A DNA stretch of 62,768 nt from Nitrospinota bacterium (GCA_030754595.1 JASLZZ010000116.1:1-62768); one strand, 5' to 3'; positions 19,455 through 29,255 are shown, numbered from the stretch's first letter. Notes: generated by a model not told the origin, from the sequence alone. Translations and numbers: made by a program.

Positions 19455-20063
19455 TCAGAGCGCCTTCAGGACCTCTTTGGCATGACCTTCGACCTGAACT
19501 TTTTTAAATACTTTTTCAATGATTCCCTCTTCATCGATGATGAAGGTCGTCCGGAATACACTTTTAAATTTCATGCCGTAAAGGGTTTTTTCGCCATAAA
19601 CCCCAAACTGCGTAGCGACAAGGCCATCCGGATCCGCGAGGAGGGAATACCTGAGATCGAGATTTTCGCTAAACCGCTTGTGGCTCACCTCGTTGTCGGG
19701 GCTGACACCCAGAACCGCCGCGCCCTTGGCCTCGAACTTTTTATTTTCCTTGTTGAATTCATCGGCTTCGAGCGTACAGCCGGGCGTGTCGTCCTTGGGA
19801 TAGAAATAGAGGATAACTTTTTTCCCCTGGTAACTGGCCAGACGGTGCATTTTTCCGTTCCCGTCCCGGAGCCTGAAATCGGGCGCTTTGGCGCCGGGAC
19901 TGGCGCCCTTGGGTCTTGATTTGGTCTTGGCTTTGGGTTTCGGCTTGGCCTTGGTCTTGGGGGCGGGCTTTGATTTCGCCTTTTTTTTGGCAACCGCCTT
20001 GGGTTTGGCCTTCGTTTTCAGCTTAGCCTTTGTTTTCGCTTTACTTGCAGCCTTGGCCACCAC
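19455..20063 (-). CDS. bcp: BCP/PrxQ peroxiredoxin with a ~50-aa Lys/Ala/Pro-rich N-terminal extension
   Basis: APDF, LYFYPKDDTPGCTLEA, RTTFIID; RBS GGGAGG before GTG 20063. Confidence 0.92.
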   Translation of the reverse strand: MVAKAASKAKTKAKLKTKAKPKAVAKKKAKSKPAPKTKAKPKPKAKTKSRPKGASPGAKAPDFRLRDGNGKMHRLASYQGKKVILYFYPKDDTPGCTLEADEFNKENKKFEAKGAAVLGVSPDNEVSHKRFSENLDLRYSLLADPDGLVATQFGVYGEKTLYGMKFKSVFRTTFIIDEEGIIEKVFKKVQVEGHAKEVLKAL

Positions 20064-20180
20064 CTGCCTCCCGATGGATTATCAAAAAAGCGGCCACTCG
20101 TGCCACCTTCAAAACTCACTGAAATCTATGGGATTATGGCACAGACCGGCCAAATCTTCAAGGGAGGCTTTAGATGTGGG

Positions 20181-21026
20181 CTAAACGCCCCAATCGCGGG
20201 CATATCTGAAGTCGCGGTCAATGGTTCTTTGGCTGACCTTGGCGATGAGCGGAAGGCGCCTCTTGTACTGGCTTCTCTGGATCAGGCGAAGGATTCCATC
20301 CACCACTTCGGCGGCGAAACCCTTCTCCAGGATTTCCGCCCGGTCATAACGGTGATCGATGAGATAGTGAAGGACGGAATCGACCTCCTCGTAGGTAAGG
20401 CCCAGCTCTTCCTCGTCCGTCTGGCCCGCCCACAAGTCCGCGCTCGGCGGCTTGTCGATAACCCCAGCGGGAACGCCCACATGTCTCGAAATTTGTCTCA
20501 CCTGCGTCTTGAAAAGATCCCCGATGGGGTTCACCGCGCTGGCCATGTCTCCAAAGAGCGTTCCGTAGCCCAGGAGAAGCTCGGTTTTGTTGCTCGTTCC
20601 CACCACCAGGGCGCTGGCGGCGGCGGACTGATCGTAGAGGATGGTCATCCGCTCGCGGGACATCTTGTTGCCCCGCCTGAGGTTCGTCGCGTCCGGATAT
20701 TTGTCGAAATAGGCGTCCACCTGAGGCGTAATTTTCACCCGCTTGAAGGTGATCCCGCAGGCCTTCGCCACCTCGCGCGCATCCGCCTCGCTCTGGGGAT
20801 TCGAAAGACGGTAGGGCATGCATATGCCCCAGACATTCTCCGGCCCCATGGCCTGCGCCGCCAGGAATGCCGAAAGGGCGCTGTCGATCCCGCCCGAGAG
20901 GCCGATAACGATTTTTTCCATTCCGACCTTGCTCACTTCGTCCCGGATGAACCCGACCAGCAATTTTGTCGTCAGGCGGGCGTCCATCTCAAGCTCCGCC
21001 AGGCTCTCGTTCACCAGGTCTTTCAT
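20181..21026 (-). CDS. nadE: NAD+ synthetase, synthetase domain only
   Basis: [46 protein letters not shown]. Confidence 0.95.
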   Translation of the reverse strand: MKDLVNESLAELEMDARLTTKLLVGFIRDEVSKVGMEKIVIGLSGGIDSALSAFLAAQAMGPENVWGICMPYRLSNPQSEADAREVAKACGITFKRVKITPQVDAYFDKYPDATNLRRGNKMSRERMTILYDQSAAASALVVGTSNKTELLLGYGTLFGDMASAVNPIGDLFKTQVRQISRHVGVPAGVIDKPPSADLWAGQTDEEELGLTYEEVDSVLHYLIDHRYDRAEILEKGFAAEVVDGILRLIQRSQYKRRLPLIAKVSQRTIDRDFRYARDWGV

Positions 21027-21243
21027 CTGAAACGGCACTGCGTCTCTCCTCGATTCGGGTGACCCATAGTGGTCGGTATCATGCCGTCTCGCCAAGCCCC
21101 CCGCAAGAGAGTCGTCCGCAACATAGCCAACCGTTGCGGAACCATGGGCCCGGCGAGGATTGACCCCCCGCCTGCCAGGCTTTAGGTTTCCGGGGAGCCA
21201 ACCCTCCCGGCGAAAAATTCGCTACTTCAATCAAGGAACCGCC

Positions 21244-22017
21244 ATGCCCCTTATTGGAAATATCGAAGACCTCAAATGGAATTACGAGGAGGAGGCCAGC
21301 GGGGGATCTAAATCTCCCATGCTGATCAATACGCTGCATCTCGAGGTGCGCATCATCGTTCTCGCGCCGGGGCAGTGCCCGCCCTACCACCGTCACCACA
21401 AGGAAATGGACGAGGGCTATCTGATTCGGCAGGGGCGCGGCCTCTTGACCATCGACGGCGAGAAATTCGAGGTCCGCGCGGGCGATGTGCTGCTCGGGAA
21501 GAGAGGCGGCTACCATAACCTCCTGAACATCGGGGACGAGGATCTCATCGAATTCAACTTCAGGGGCGGGAAAATGCCCTCGGGCTTCATTGCTCCGGAA
21601 GACGACGGGGAGACCCCGGGAGTGGATGTCTCCGGCGGGACTCCTGGAGACGGCTACATACGGCGGAATATCTTTGACGAGCCATCCGAGAGCGTCCCCG
21701 ACAACGAGCAGGAGACCGGAACCCCGAATGTCTTTGCGACGGAGTTTCTCGAGCTGTTCGCCTTCTCCCGCCAGAGCGGCGACCGGAACCAAATTCACCG
21801 CCACCAAGAAGCCTTGGACGAGGCGGCTTATCTTGTCCGGGGCGAAGGCAGGATGATCTTTCATATCGACGGCGAGGACATCGAGGCCGCCGAGGGGGAC
21901 CTGATTCACATCCCCGGCGGCTCCTGGCACCACGTCAACAGAATCTCCGATGGCGATTTGATCGTTCTCAATTTAAGGGGAGGGGCGCTTCCCTCCGCCA
22001 ACCAGTGGGGAAAATAG
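21244..22017 (+). CDS. tandem cupin-domain (bicupin) protein
   Basis: HRHHKEMDEGY..GDVLL..YH and HRHQEALDEAAY..GDLIHIPGGSWH. Confidence 0.85.
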   Translation: MPLIGNIEDLKWNYEEEASGGSKSPMLINTLHLEVRIIVLAPGQCPPYHRHHKEMDEGYLIRQGRGLLTIDGEKFEVRAGDVLLGKRGGYHNLLNIGDEDLIEFNFRGGKMPSGFIAPEDDGETPGVDVSGGTPGDGYIRRNIFDEPSESVPDNEQETGTPNVFATEFLELFAFSRQSGDRNQIHRHQEALDEAAYLVRGEGRMIFHIDGEDIEAAEGDLIHIPGGSWHHVNRISDGDLIVLNLRGGALPSANQWGK

Positions 22018-22040
22018 GCCCCTCGGGCAAGGGAGGTATC

Positions 22041-22430
22041 ATGGGTGTTATCGGCGGCTACCACCATGTTCACATCGTCAGCCCCGATCCCGAGGCGGTG
22101 GCGCGGTGGCTCGGAGAGTTCCTCGGAGGGGAGGTCACAGGCCGCGAGGAGCCCCGCGGGGCGCGCAACGTCATCGTCCGCATCGGAGAGGCGGCTCTGA
22201 GCATCCGCACTCCCCGGCCCTCCGATAAAATCATCGAAACCGAAGGCGCCCGGCCCTTCGGTCTCGATCACATCTGTTTTCTCGTTGACGATCTCAAGGC
22301 CATGGTCGAGCGCATGCGCGCGCGGGGCGTCGAAATCCCCGAGGAGATTTTCGCCCATTCGGGCGGCAGCGACGCCGCCTTCGTTGTGGGTCCCGAAAAC
22401 GTTTTGTTCGAACTCATCCAAAAAAAATAA
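22041..22430 (+). CDS. VOC/glyoxalase family protein
   Basis: YHHVHIVSPD, GLDHICFLVDDL, FVVGPENVLFELIQ; RBS GGGAGG. Confidence 0.9.
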   Translation: MGVIGGYHHVHIVSPDPEAVARWLGEFLGGEVTGREEPRGARNVIVRIGEAALSIRTPRPSDKIIETEGARPFGLDHICFLVDDLKAMVERMRARGVEIPEEIFAHSGGSDAAFVVGPENVLFELIQKK

Positions 22431-22442
22431 AAGGAGTCTCTC

Positions 22443-22838
22443 ATGAGCATCACCGGAAACTACCGCCTCGTTCATCTTATCAGCCAAGACCCCGGGGCGA
22501 CAGGCGAATGGTACGCCGAATTCCTGGGCGGCGAGATCGTCGGCGACGACGAGTTGCGCGGGTCGCAAAACGTGAGGGTGCGGCTGGGAGATTCCCTGCC
22601 CTTCATCCGGGGCGTGCGCGAGACCGACGACATCGACCCATCGGCCACCGGAAAGCAGCGTTTCGGCATCGACCACTTCTGCTTTGAGGTGGAAGGTCTC
22701 GATGGAATGCTCGAGGCCTTCGCGGCCAAGGGCGGGGAGATCCCGGTGCCGCCGTTCGAGCTGCCCGGCGGCAACCGCGCGGCCTTCGTGACTGGGCCCG
22801 ATGGCGTGGCCATGGAGCTTATTCAGCCGCCGGCTTGA
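22443..22838 (+). CDS. VOC/glyoxalase family protein (paralog of the upstream gene)
   Basis: GIDHFCFEVEGL, FVTGPDGVAMELIQ; RBS AAGGAG. Confidence 0.9.
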   Translation: MSITGNYRLVHLISQDPGATGEWYAEFLGGEIVGDDELRGSQNVRVRLGDSLPFIRGVRETDDIDPSATGKQRFGIDHFCFEVEGLDGMLEAFAAKGGEIPVPPFELPGGNRAAFVTGPDGVAMELIQPPA

Positions 22839-22995
22839 TGGGGTTTTTCATGAGCGGTCTTTTTGAATAACAAGCTCCAGGTGGCTTCCAGCGAGGAGCC
22901 GGCGGGGGTTTTTGAGGCAGGCCATACATACGCTGGAGAGCGGCTGGCGAGTGATTCAAGAATTTCTGCCGAACCCCAAGACGCTTTTTTTAAGA

Positions 22996-23730
22996 TCACG
23001 GAAATCGGAAGGATTTCAAATCGAAAATCCATTTTGACTTTTGGGGGGGGTGGTCAGAATTCAGGGGCATGGATAATTTGTCATTAATGATTTCCTCAAG
23101 CCACCGAAGGTCGAATTTTCCGTAGAAATTTTTCGGGGCAAGGGCCTTGAGGTGAATGCTGTTGGCTTCGAGGATTTCTGAATTGATTTCACGGTAACCC
23201 AAGGGCCCAAAATAATTACGCGAAAATAAATACAGAAGTCCGTACGTTACAATCTCAATGGCGGCGTAAAGGGGTGTGTCGGAATCGATTTTTAGTTCAA
23301 TGAATTCGTATTTTTTCTTTCCGAAACGGCGGACCAGATCAATCGCTCTTCGCTTATCGGCGCGGGGCCCAGCGAGCCCGGAAGAAGTAGGAACCTGGTT
23401 GACCCAACTTTCGTCTGTCAGCCTCACAGTGGCCCTTTCGAGCTTAACCTCCAGGCTGGCACTTTTTTTCGAAATGTCGAGAACTTTTTCAAACCGCCAA
23501 TTTTGGGTTGACGCGGTGCGTGGGGATTTGCTCTGACTATTTTTCCAGTTCCGGACAATTCGCCTGTACATTTTCTGGAGGAGGCGCTTTCCCTTCGGCC
23601 CTGCTGGCGGCTTTTCTGATAATCGTTTCCAGCATGTACGATAGCGGTAACGGGGCGCTGATTTTCCGATGTTTTTTATTTGAAAAATTTCATCGACGAT
23701 TTCATCCGCGCCGCTTAGAATGCTGGACAT
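22996..23730 (-). CDS. hypothetical protein, probable PD-(D/E)XK nuclease fold; possibly frameshifted near the 3' end
   Basis: AIDLV...EFIELK...YAAIEIVTYG resembles the D..ExK nuclease motif; low GC; RBS GGAGGGAG. Confidence 0.55.
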   Translation of the reverse strand: MSSILSGADEIVDEIFQIKNIGKSAPRYRYRTCWKRLSEKPPAGPKGKRLLQKMYRRIVRNWKNSQSKSPRTASTQNWRFEKVLDISKKSASLEVKLERATVRLTDESWVNQVPTSSGLAGPRADKRRAIDLVRRFGKKKYEFIELKIDSDTPLYAAIEIVTYGLLYLFSRNYFGPLGYREINSEILEANSIHLKALAPKNFYGKFDLRWLEEIINDKLSMPLNSDHPPQKSKWIFDLKSFRFP

Positions 23731-23784
23731 TTCTCCCTCCAGTAAAACACGAGGGCCGGGGGGACGACGACGGAAACTTATGTG

Positions 23785-24975
23785 CTAGCGAAGAAAAGAA
23801 AAGGTCTTGCCCTTGGGCAACGACTTTAGGTCCTCAAAAAACTGGATTTCCGTGATTTCGGTTGGCCATTCCAGCCTCACGAAAACCCACAAGTCCCTTC
23901 CGTGTTTTTGTTCAAGACCAATTGCCTTCAGGTGAAACAGCTCATTGAGATCCCTGATCAATGCACCGCGCGGATCCTTCAATGTTCTATATCCACCTTC
24001 CGTTCTCTCGATAATTTTACTAACAGTCATTCCGTCTGTTTCCAGCAACAGGGTGAGTATATGCAGTTGGCGCTTGGCAATAACCCGTTTGCGGGGAGTT
24101 CGCGTCGTGCGGAAAAGATCATGCATAAGGTCTCGGTATAATGCTTTGGATATGTGTCCCTGGATTTCCTTGAGCAGCCTTTGACTTTGGAGGTAAATTC
24201 CCCTTAACCCCAGCTTTAAAAAAGCGGTCAAATCATAACCGCTCGCCCAAACTTCGTTTAGCACACGTAAATATGCGTTTTTTTCGTCGTAATAATAATT
24301 CGACATCGCTATAAATGACGTATCGCGGAGGCCCGCGCGTTGAAGCATCAGCGCTTCCAGGGCCCTAGCCGTTCGGCCGTTTCCGTCAAGGAAAGGGTGC
24401 AACGCCGCCAGATGATAATGCGCCGCCAGGGCCTGAATGAGCGGATCGTGCCCCTGAAAGTCTTTTTGGACTGCTTCTGCAAGCCGATTAAATGCCCTGG
24501 CGCACTCCTCGCCACCCTCGGCCCCGCGGTGACGCGGGCTGCCGAACAAGACATTCTGATCGCGCCCCCGAATTTCGCCCGGAGGACAATGATCGTCGTC
24601 CGCGCCCGTAACGATATACCGATGAATTTCGAGAATCAGGCCGGTGTCAACGGGTTGATCGTCGGGAACCGTGGCTATCCAGCGATACGCCCGCATCGCG
24701 GCGCTTACCTGTTTTTGTGAACGGGTAAAAAGCTCCTTCTCCGACTCTTCCTTTAGGGCTTCGTCCAGTTCCCCTTCGGTAAAATCGGCGCCTTCGATCC
24801 GAGAGGTTCCCGCAACCTCGCGCTTAAGCTCCATTTCCTGGAGGGACTCAACCCATGCCCGCTGGTAGGGAACCGTTTTGACGGAATAGACTGCTGCCTT
24901 TGCGTCCACCAGCTCGCTGGTGACTGCGCCGATATCGTATTTTATCCAGTTCGTGGGCGGCTGATATCTCATCAC
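23785..24975 (-). CDS. Fic family protein
   Basis: HPFLDGNGRTAR catalytic motif; TSRIEG motif; lower GC. Confidence 0.92.
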   Translation of the reverse strand: MMRYQPPTNWIKYDIGAVTSELVDAKAAVYSVKTVPYQRAWVESLQEMELKREVAGTSRIEGADFTEGELDEALKEESEKELFTRSQKQVSAAMRAYRWIATVPDDQPVDTGLILEIHRYIVTGADDDHCPPGEIRGRDQNVLFGSPRHRGAEGGEECARAFNRLAEAVQKDFQGHDPLIQALAAHYHLAALHPFLDGNGRTARALEALMLQRAGLRDTSFIAMSNYYYDEKNAYLRVLNEVWASGYDLTAFLKLGLRGIYLQSQRLLKEIQGHISKALYRDLMHDLFRTTRTPRKRVIAKRQLHILTLLLETDGMTVSKIIERTEGGYRTLKDPRGALIRDLNELFHLKAIGLEQKHGRDLWVFVRLEWPTEITEIQFFEDLKSLPKGKTFSFLR

Positions 24976-25138
24976 ATTCCGGAAAATAATCTACTTCACT
25001 TTACTTGTCAATAAGATATATATACTTATTAAACAAAAGGTTATATAGTTAAAATCTGTAGCTATTTTGATTTCATTTTAGTTTCGTTTACATCTTTATT
25101 CTCCCGTCATTTCGCATATAAACGTGGGTAGTTTGGTG

Positions 25139-25981
25139 CTAACGGTAGTTTCGAACAACTAGCTCGGGGATTTTGCCGCGCCCGGCGGTGGAGGAGTTGA
25201 TGGCGCGCGCGGCGAGGACCTGCTTGATATCGAATCCTTTGTAGAGTTTCCGGATCAGCGGGGTGTCGGAGTTAGAGAGCATGAACCGTACGCCGGCGCC
25301 GTCGAGCGCGCGGCAGACGGCGGCGAGGCCGCGCTGCGCATCCTCGCCGAAGCCGCCGGCGGTGTAGGCGGTGAAGTTAGATGTCTTCGAGAGCGGCTGA
25401 TAGGGCGGGTCGAGATAGACGAAGTCTCCGGCCTCGGTCCATTCAGGGATATCCTGGAAGCCGCGGCGCCCGATTTGGGCGCGGGCCAGGGCCGCCGAGG
25501 CGAGGCGAAGGCCATCTACATCGCAGATTTTGGGATTGGTGTAGCGGCCGAAGGGGACGTTGAAGCGCCCGCTTTTGTTCACACGGTAGAGGCCGTTGAA
25601 GCCGGTTCGGTTCAGGAAAATGAACCGCGCGGCGCGGCCGGCGGGCGAGAGCCGGGCGGGGTTTTGCGCCCGCACGCGGTAGTAGTGCTCCCGCTGGTAG
25701 GTGTGCCGCCCGAGGTGGCGAATCACGCCCTCGGCGTCGGCGCGGACCGCCTCGAAGGTGCGGACCAGATCGTCAATCCGGTCGGAGAGGTAGGCCCGGC
25801 CCTCGATTCGGGGGCAGAGGCTGAAGAACACCGCGCCGCTGCCGAGAAAGGGCTCGTGATAGTCGCCGATTTCCCGGGGAAACAGGGGCGCGTACTGGGG
25901 GAGGAGGCGGCCCTTGCCGCCGGCCCATTTGAGAAACGGGCGCGCGGCGGGACGCCGTGCGGTCCGGGCGGTGTCAGTCAT
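25139..25981 (-). CDS. DNA adenine methyltransferase (Dam/D12 class)
   Basis: FLKWAGGK, EPFLGSGAVFF, FNGLYRVN, YLDPPY, MLSNS. Confidence 0.95.
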   Translation of the reverse strand: MTDTARTARRPAARPFLKWAGGKGRLLPQYAPLFPREIGDYHEPFLGSGAVFFSLCPRIEGRAYLSDRIDDLVRTFEAVRADAEGVIRHLGRHTYQREHYYRVRAQNPARLSPAGRAARFIFLNRTGFNGLYRVNKSGRFNVPFGRYTNPKICDVDGLRLASAALARAQIGRRGFQDIPEWTEAGDFVYLDPPYQPLSKTSNFTAYTAGGFGEDAQRGLAAVCRALDGAGVRFMLSNSDTPLIRKLYKGFDIKQVLAARAINSSTAGRGKIPELVVRNYR

Positions 25982-26218
25982 ACGGGCAATCTGTCCTTTC
26001 AACAGAAATACAGTCGGCGGGATTCCTTTAAGTGGGAATCTAGATCCTTTTAAACTTTTGAGATCATTATATTTAAAATAGATCGTGAGCGCCAGCCCGA
26101 ACCGTAAGGGGGCCGGGGGAAGGTTTTTTCGGAGAGGGGGTTCCGGTTCGGAGGGAGGATTCCGGAATTTTTTGCGGGAAAGGCCTGGAGTGATCCGAAG
26201 CCGCCCGGGCGCCGGGCT

Positions 26219-27085
26219 TTAGTCCTCCGAGCGGTCGGCCTGGATTCGCCTGAGCTCCCTGAGCGTGAGGTGGAGGTCTTCGTCCCTAAGGGTGGGCGTT
26301 GCGATGCGCGACCGGCGAACGTCGGCGGTGTCCACGTCGGCGATGAGAAGCTTCGCCTTCCAGCGGGGGGCGGAGGCAATCGTCTCGCCGGTGGGCAGAA
26401 TGACCTCGGAACCGCCCCAGAAGCTGATTCCATCCTCGTATCCGACGCGATTGCAAAAGAAAACGAACTGGCTGAAGGCCGACGCGTGCGCCCGCGTCAG
26501 CGAATTCCACTGGCGCTCGATAGCCAGGCTCGATTTCCCGTCATTTTGTTTTTTGACCCCCCGCGCCGGGCTCGACGAGGGAATGATGAGCAAGTCGGCG
26601 CCGTCCTGCGAGGCGATGTAAGCCAGGCTCGGGTGCCAGGCGTCCTCGCAGATCAACATCGCCGCCCTCCCGAAGCGGGTGTCGAAGGCGCGCACCCGCT
26701 TTCCCGCGCCAACGTACCTCCCCTCGTCAAACAGGCCGTAAGTGGGCAAGTAGAGCTTCCTGTGCTGGTGGAGGAGCTTCCCCCCCTCAAAATATCCCGC
26801 CGTGTTGTAGAAACCGTGACGCGAGGACTCCTCGATATAACCGACGACGATGGAGATCTCCTCGCTCATCGCGGCGATCTCCTTGAACAGGGGCGAGCTT
26901 TTGCGAATAGCCGCCTCGGGAACGATGTCTTTCAGGAAATATCCCGTAACCGAGAGCTCGGGAAACACCAACAGGTCCACCCCGCGCTTGAGGGCTTTTT
27001 TCACCTCTCCCCGTATTATCTTCTCGTTGGCCTCGAGGTTTCCCAGCGTCGGGCCTATTTGGGCCAAGCCCACCTTGAATTTCAT
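26219..27085 (-). CDS. carbon-nitrogen hydrolase; probable stand-alone glutaminase subunit of NAD synthetase
   Basis: E-K-C triad: FPELSVTGY, RKLYLPTYGLFDEGRY, ICEDAWH; also SSSP and NRVG..FWGGS. Confidence 0.9.
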   Translation of the reverse strand: MKFKVGLAQIGPTLGNLEANEKIIRGEVKKALKRGVDLLVFPELSVTGYFLKDIVPEAAIRKSSPLFKEIAAMSEEISIVVGYIEESSRHGFYNTAGYFEGGKLLHQHRKLYLPTYGLFDEGRYVGAGKRVRAFDTRFGRAAMLICEDAWHPSLAYIASQDGADLLIIPSSSPARGVKKQNDGKSSLAIERQWNSLTRAHASAFSQFVFFCNRVGYEDGISFWGGSEVILPTGETIASAPRWKAKLLIADVDTADVRRSRIATPTLRDEDLHLTLRELRRIQADRSED

Positions 27086-27161
27086 TCCGTCGCTCCGTAA
27101 TTCAGGAAAAGAAACTCTCTAGCACAACGCTCTCGCCCGCGAAACCGGCGTGGCGAAATTT

Positions 27162-27593
27162 TCATATAAAAAGCTTCGTGCGGGCGCCGCTCGTCTGCTT
27201 GAGAAAGTTCGGCAAGCTGATCACCTCGTCCACGATGCCTTCTAAATCTTCCTCCGACAGATCCAGAAATTTAACCTGCGCGGCGCAGGCGTAGAGTTTT
27301 AACTTCCCCGTCTGCCGGGCGGTATCGATAAGATCGCTCACCGAGTGTGCGCGCGCTTTTTTCATTCGCGCTTCGATCCTGGAGCCCTCCTCCCCGTAGG
27401 AGGCCGGAAGCCGGGTGTCGTCCAAGCCGTCATCCGCGAATCGCCGAAGCGCCTCGAAAAAAAGAATTACCCTGACATCGTCGCCATTGGCGGAGGCGCT
27501 CACCGCCAGCGTCGCCACCTGGTAAAGGCGATCATAGTCCCCGCTGTGGGCGAATATGACGAACTGCGCGCCGCTCGTCGGGCCATTACTCAT
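27162..27593 (-). CDS. DsrE/DrsH-like family protein
   Basis: SGDYDRL, VILFFEAL, KLYACA, C-terminal LFI. Confidence 0.75.
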   Translation of the reverse strand: MSNGPTSGAQFVIFAHSGDYDRLYQVATLAVSASANGDDVRVILFFEALRRFADDGLDDTRLPASYGEEGSRIEARMKKARAHSVSDLIDTARQTGKLKLYACAAQVKFLDLSEEDLEGIVDEVISLPNFLKQTSGARTKLFI

Positions 27594-28441
27594 CGGCCCG
27601 GCGCCGCCGTTCTGGCGTACCGGAAACCAACGCCAGCATGGGCTTTCGACGGAGCCTCCTTCCAGCGGCTATCGGTGCGAATGTCTTTTTCCGGGCTCCT
27701 CCAGAACCCGCCCCGGACAACCCGGAGGCTGCCGCGCCGCGGGCCCTTCGGATTGCGCGCCGGCGACCGGGCGTAGTAGGCGGCCTCATAATAGTCGCTC
27801 GTCCATTCAGCGGCATTTCCCGCCACGTCCACCGCTCCGTAGGGGCTTTTGTCGAGAGGGAAGTTACCGGACGGAAGAGGGCTCTTCTGGCGTTTCCCGA
27901 AATTCGACGACCCCGGTGCGGCCAGGTCGCCCCAAGGGAATATGCGGCGGTCCGTCCCTCGGGCGGCTTTCTCCCACTCCGCCTCGGTCGGAAGCCGCTT
28001 GCCGGTCCAGGCGCAATACTCCTCCGCGTCGAACCAGGTGACCAGGGTTACCGGAATGTCTCCCGCGCCAAGTGGCGCCCTGTTTCCGCTCCATGTAAAC
28101 CGGCTCCAACTCCCAATGCGCCTCGCGGCGCTTCGGAGGCTCGGCGCCGACCGGCCCGTAGAGCGCACAAACCGCCCGTAGGCTGCGTTGGTTACCTCGA
28201 ATTTGTCTATTTTAAACGAGTCCAGATAAACGAACCTTCCGGGAAAATCGTCCTTCTTTTTAGGTGGGGCCGGCCGTGCGTCTCTTCCGCGAAAAAAATC
28301 TCCGGCCGGAACAGGCGCCATTGGCGAGACGTCCCGGCCCTTTCCTGCGGGGAGGGCCGGTGGCCCGGCCCTTCGGCCCGCGCCCCCACAACCCGAAACA
28401 ACGGCCACCGCCAAAAACGCCCAAACCAAGGAGCGGGTCAT
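27590..28441 (-). CDS. formylglycine-generating-enzyme (FGE-sulfatase) domain lipoprotein
   Basis: Lipobox VVSGC; KFEVTNAAY, RLPTEAEWEKAARG, GNAAEW, RVVRGG. Confidence 0.88.
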   Translation of the reverse strand: MTRSLVWAFLAVAVVSGCGGAGRRAGPPALPAGKGRDVSPMAPVPAGDFFRGRDARPAPPKKKDDFPGRFVYLDSFKIDKFEVTNAAYGRFVRSTGRSAPSLRSAARRIGSWSRFTWSGNRAPLGAGDIPVTLVTWFDAEEYCAWTGKRLPTEAEWEKAARGTDRRIFPWGDLAAPGSSNFGKRQKSPLPSGNFPLDKSPYGAVDVAGNAAEWTSDYYEAAYYARSPARNPKGPRRGSLRVVRGGFWRSPEKDIRTDSRWKEAPSKAHAGVGFRYARTAAPGR

Positions 28442-28683
28442 TCAAAATCTTTCGGTTTCACGTCCTTGAAATCGAAATCAGGCAAGTCGGACGGGGGGGG
28501 CGGCTCCGGGCGGACCGCCCGCCTTTCCTGATACCGGCCAACGGCGCTCCAAATCAGCACACCGGCAACCGTGACCGCGCCCAGAGCGGCTGCCATCCCG
28601 GAATTCTTCGTATATATGAATCCGGCCATCAGGAACCAGAATACGAATCCCGCACAAGTCGCCCACATCGATCTTGATTCCAT
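28438..28683 (-). CDS. small membrane protein (2 TM)
   Basis: Two hydrophobic segments; the stop overlaps the next ATG (ATGA). Confidence 0.6.
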   Translation of the reverse strand: MESRSMWATCAGFVFWFLMAGFIYTKNSGMAAALGAVTVAGVLIWSAVGRYQERRAVRPEPPPPSDLPDFDFKDVKPKDFE

Positions 28684-28862
28684 GTTTGCCCCATGATTGC
28701 CGGCGTCCGGGAAAAGCCTCCTTTTTCCGTAAGTAGGCGCCGCGAAAATTTCCCTTATCGTCCAGATTGTTGAGCCTCGGTTCAACCGCCTAGGATCGGA
28801 AAGAATGCTCGATAGCGCCGGCCGGATCGGAACCGCTCGGCCGGAAATGCGTGGGGTTGCTC

Positions 28863-29255
28863 TCAGGCTGTTTCCGCGGCGGGAGGAAGCTGGCCTTCGA
28901 TCTGGGCATCGTTTCCGGTCATGTGACAGGCGCCCTCGAAAACCGCGCCCTCTTCGATATAAATGCTCGGCGTGTACACTTCACCCTTAACGTGACTTCC
29001 CGCCCGTATTTCGCATTTCTCCTTGGCCTCTATCTTCCCTTCCACTTCACCCATCACGAGAACGGTTCCGGCCTGAATGTTCGCGGTGATGCGCGCGGCC
29101 GCGCCAATAATAAACGTATCCTCGGTGATGACTTCCCCCTCGAGAACGCCATCGACCCGCACGGTGCCCTCGAAAGAAATCACGCCCTTGAACTCGGTTC
29201 CTTCCCCCAAAAACGCTCGTATGCTTTTTTCGTAGTTTTTGTCGCTGCGGGCCAT
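28863..29255 (-). CDS. bactofilin (polymer-forming cytoskeletal protein)
   Basis: LGEGTEFKG..VRVDG..EG and IEEGAVFEGACHM; downstream of parB. Confidence 0.92.
   Translation of the reverse strand: MARSDKNYEKSIRAFLGEGTEFKGVISFEGTVRVDGVLEGEVITEDTFIIGAAARITANIQAGTVLVMGEVEGKIEAKEKCEIRAGSHVKGEVYTPSIYIEEGAVFEGACHMTGNDAQIEGQLPPAAETA

Noticed and set aside
27590..28441. FGE-domain proteins as true formylglycine-generating enzymes or DGR targets
   Set aside because: The catalytic Cys pair is absent, and no reverse transcriptase or template repeat differing at adenines is visible in the window.
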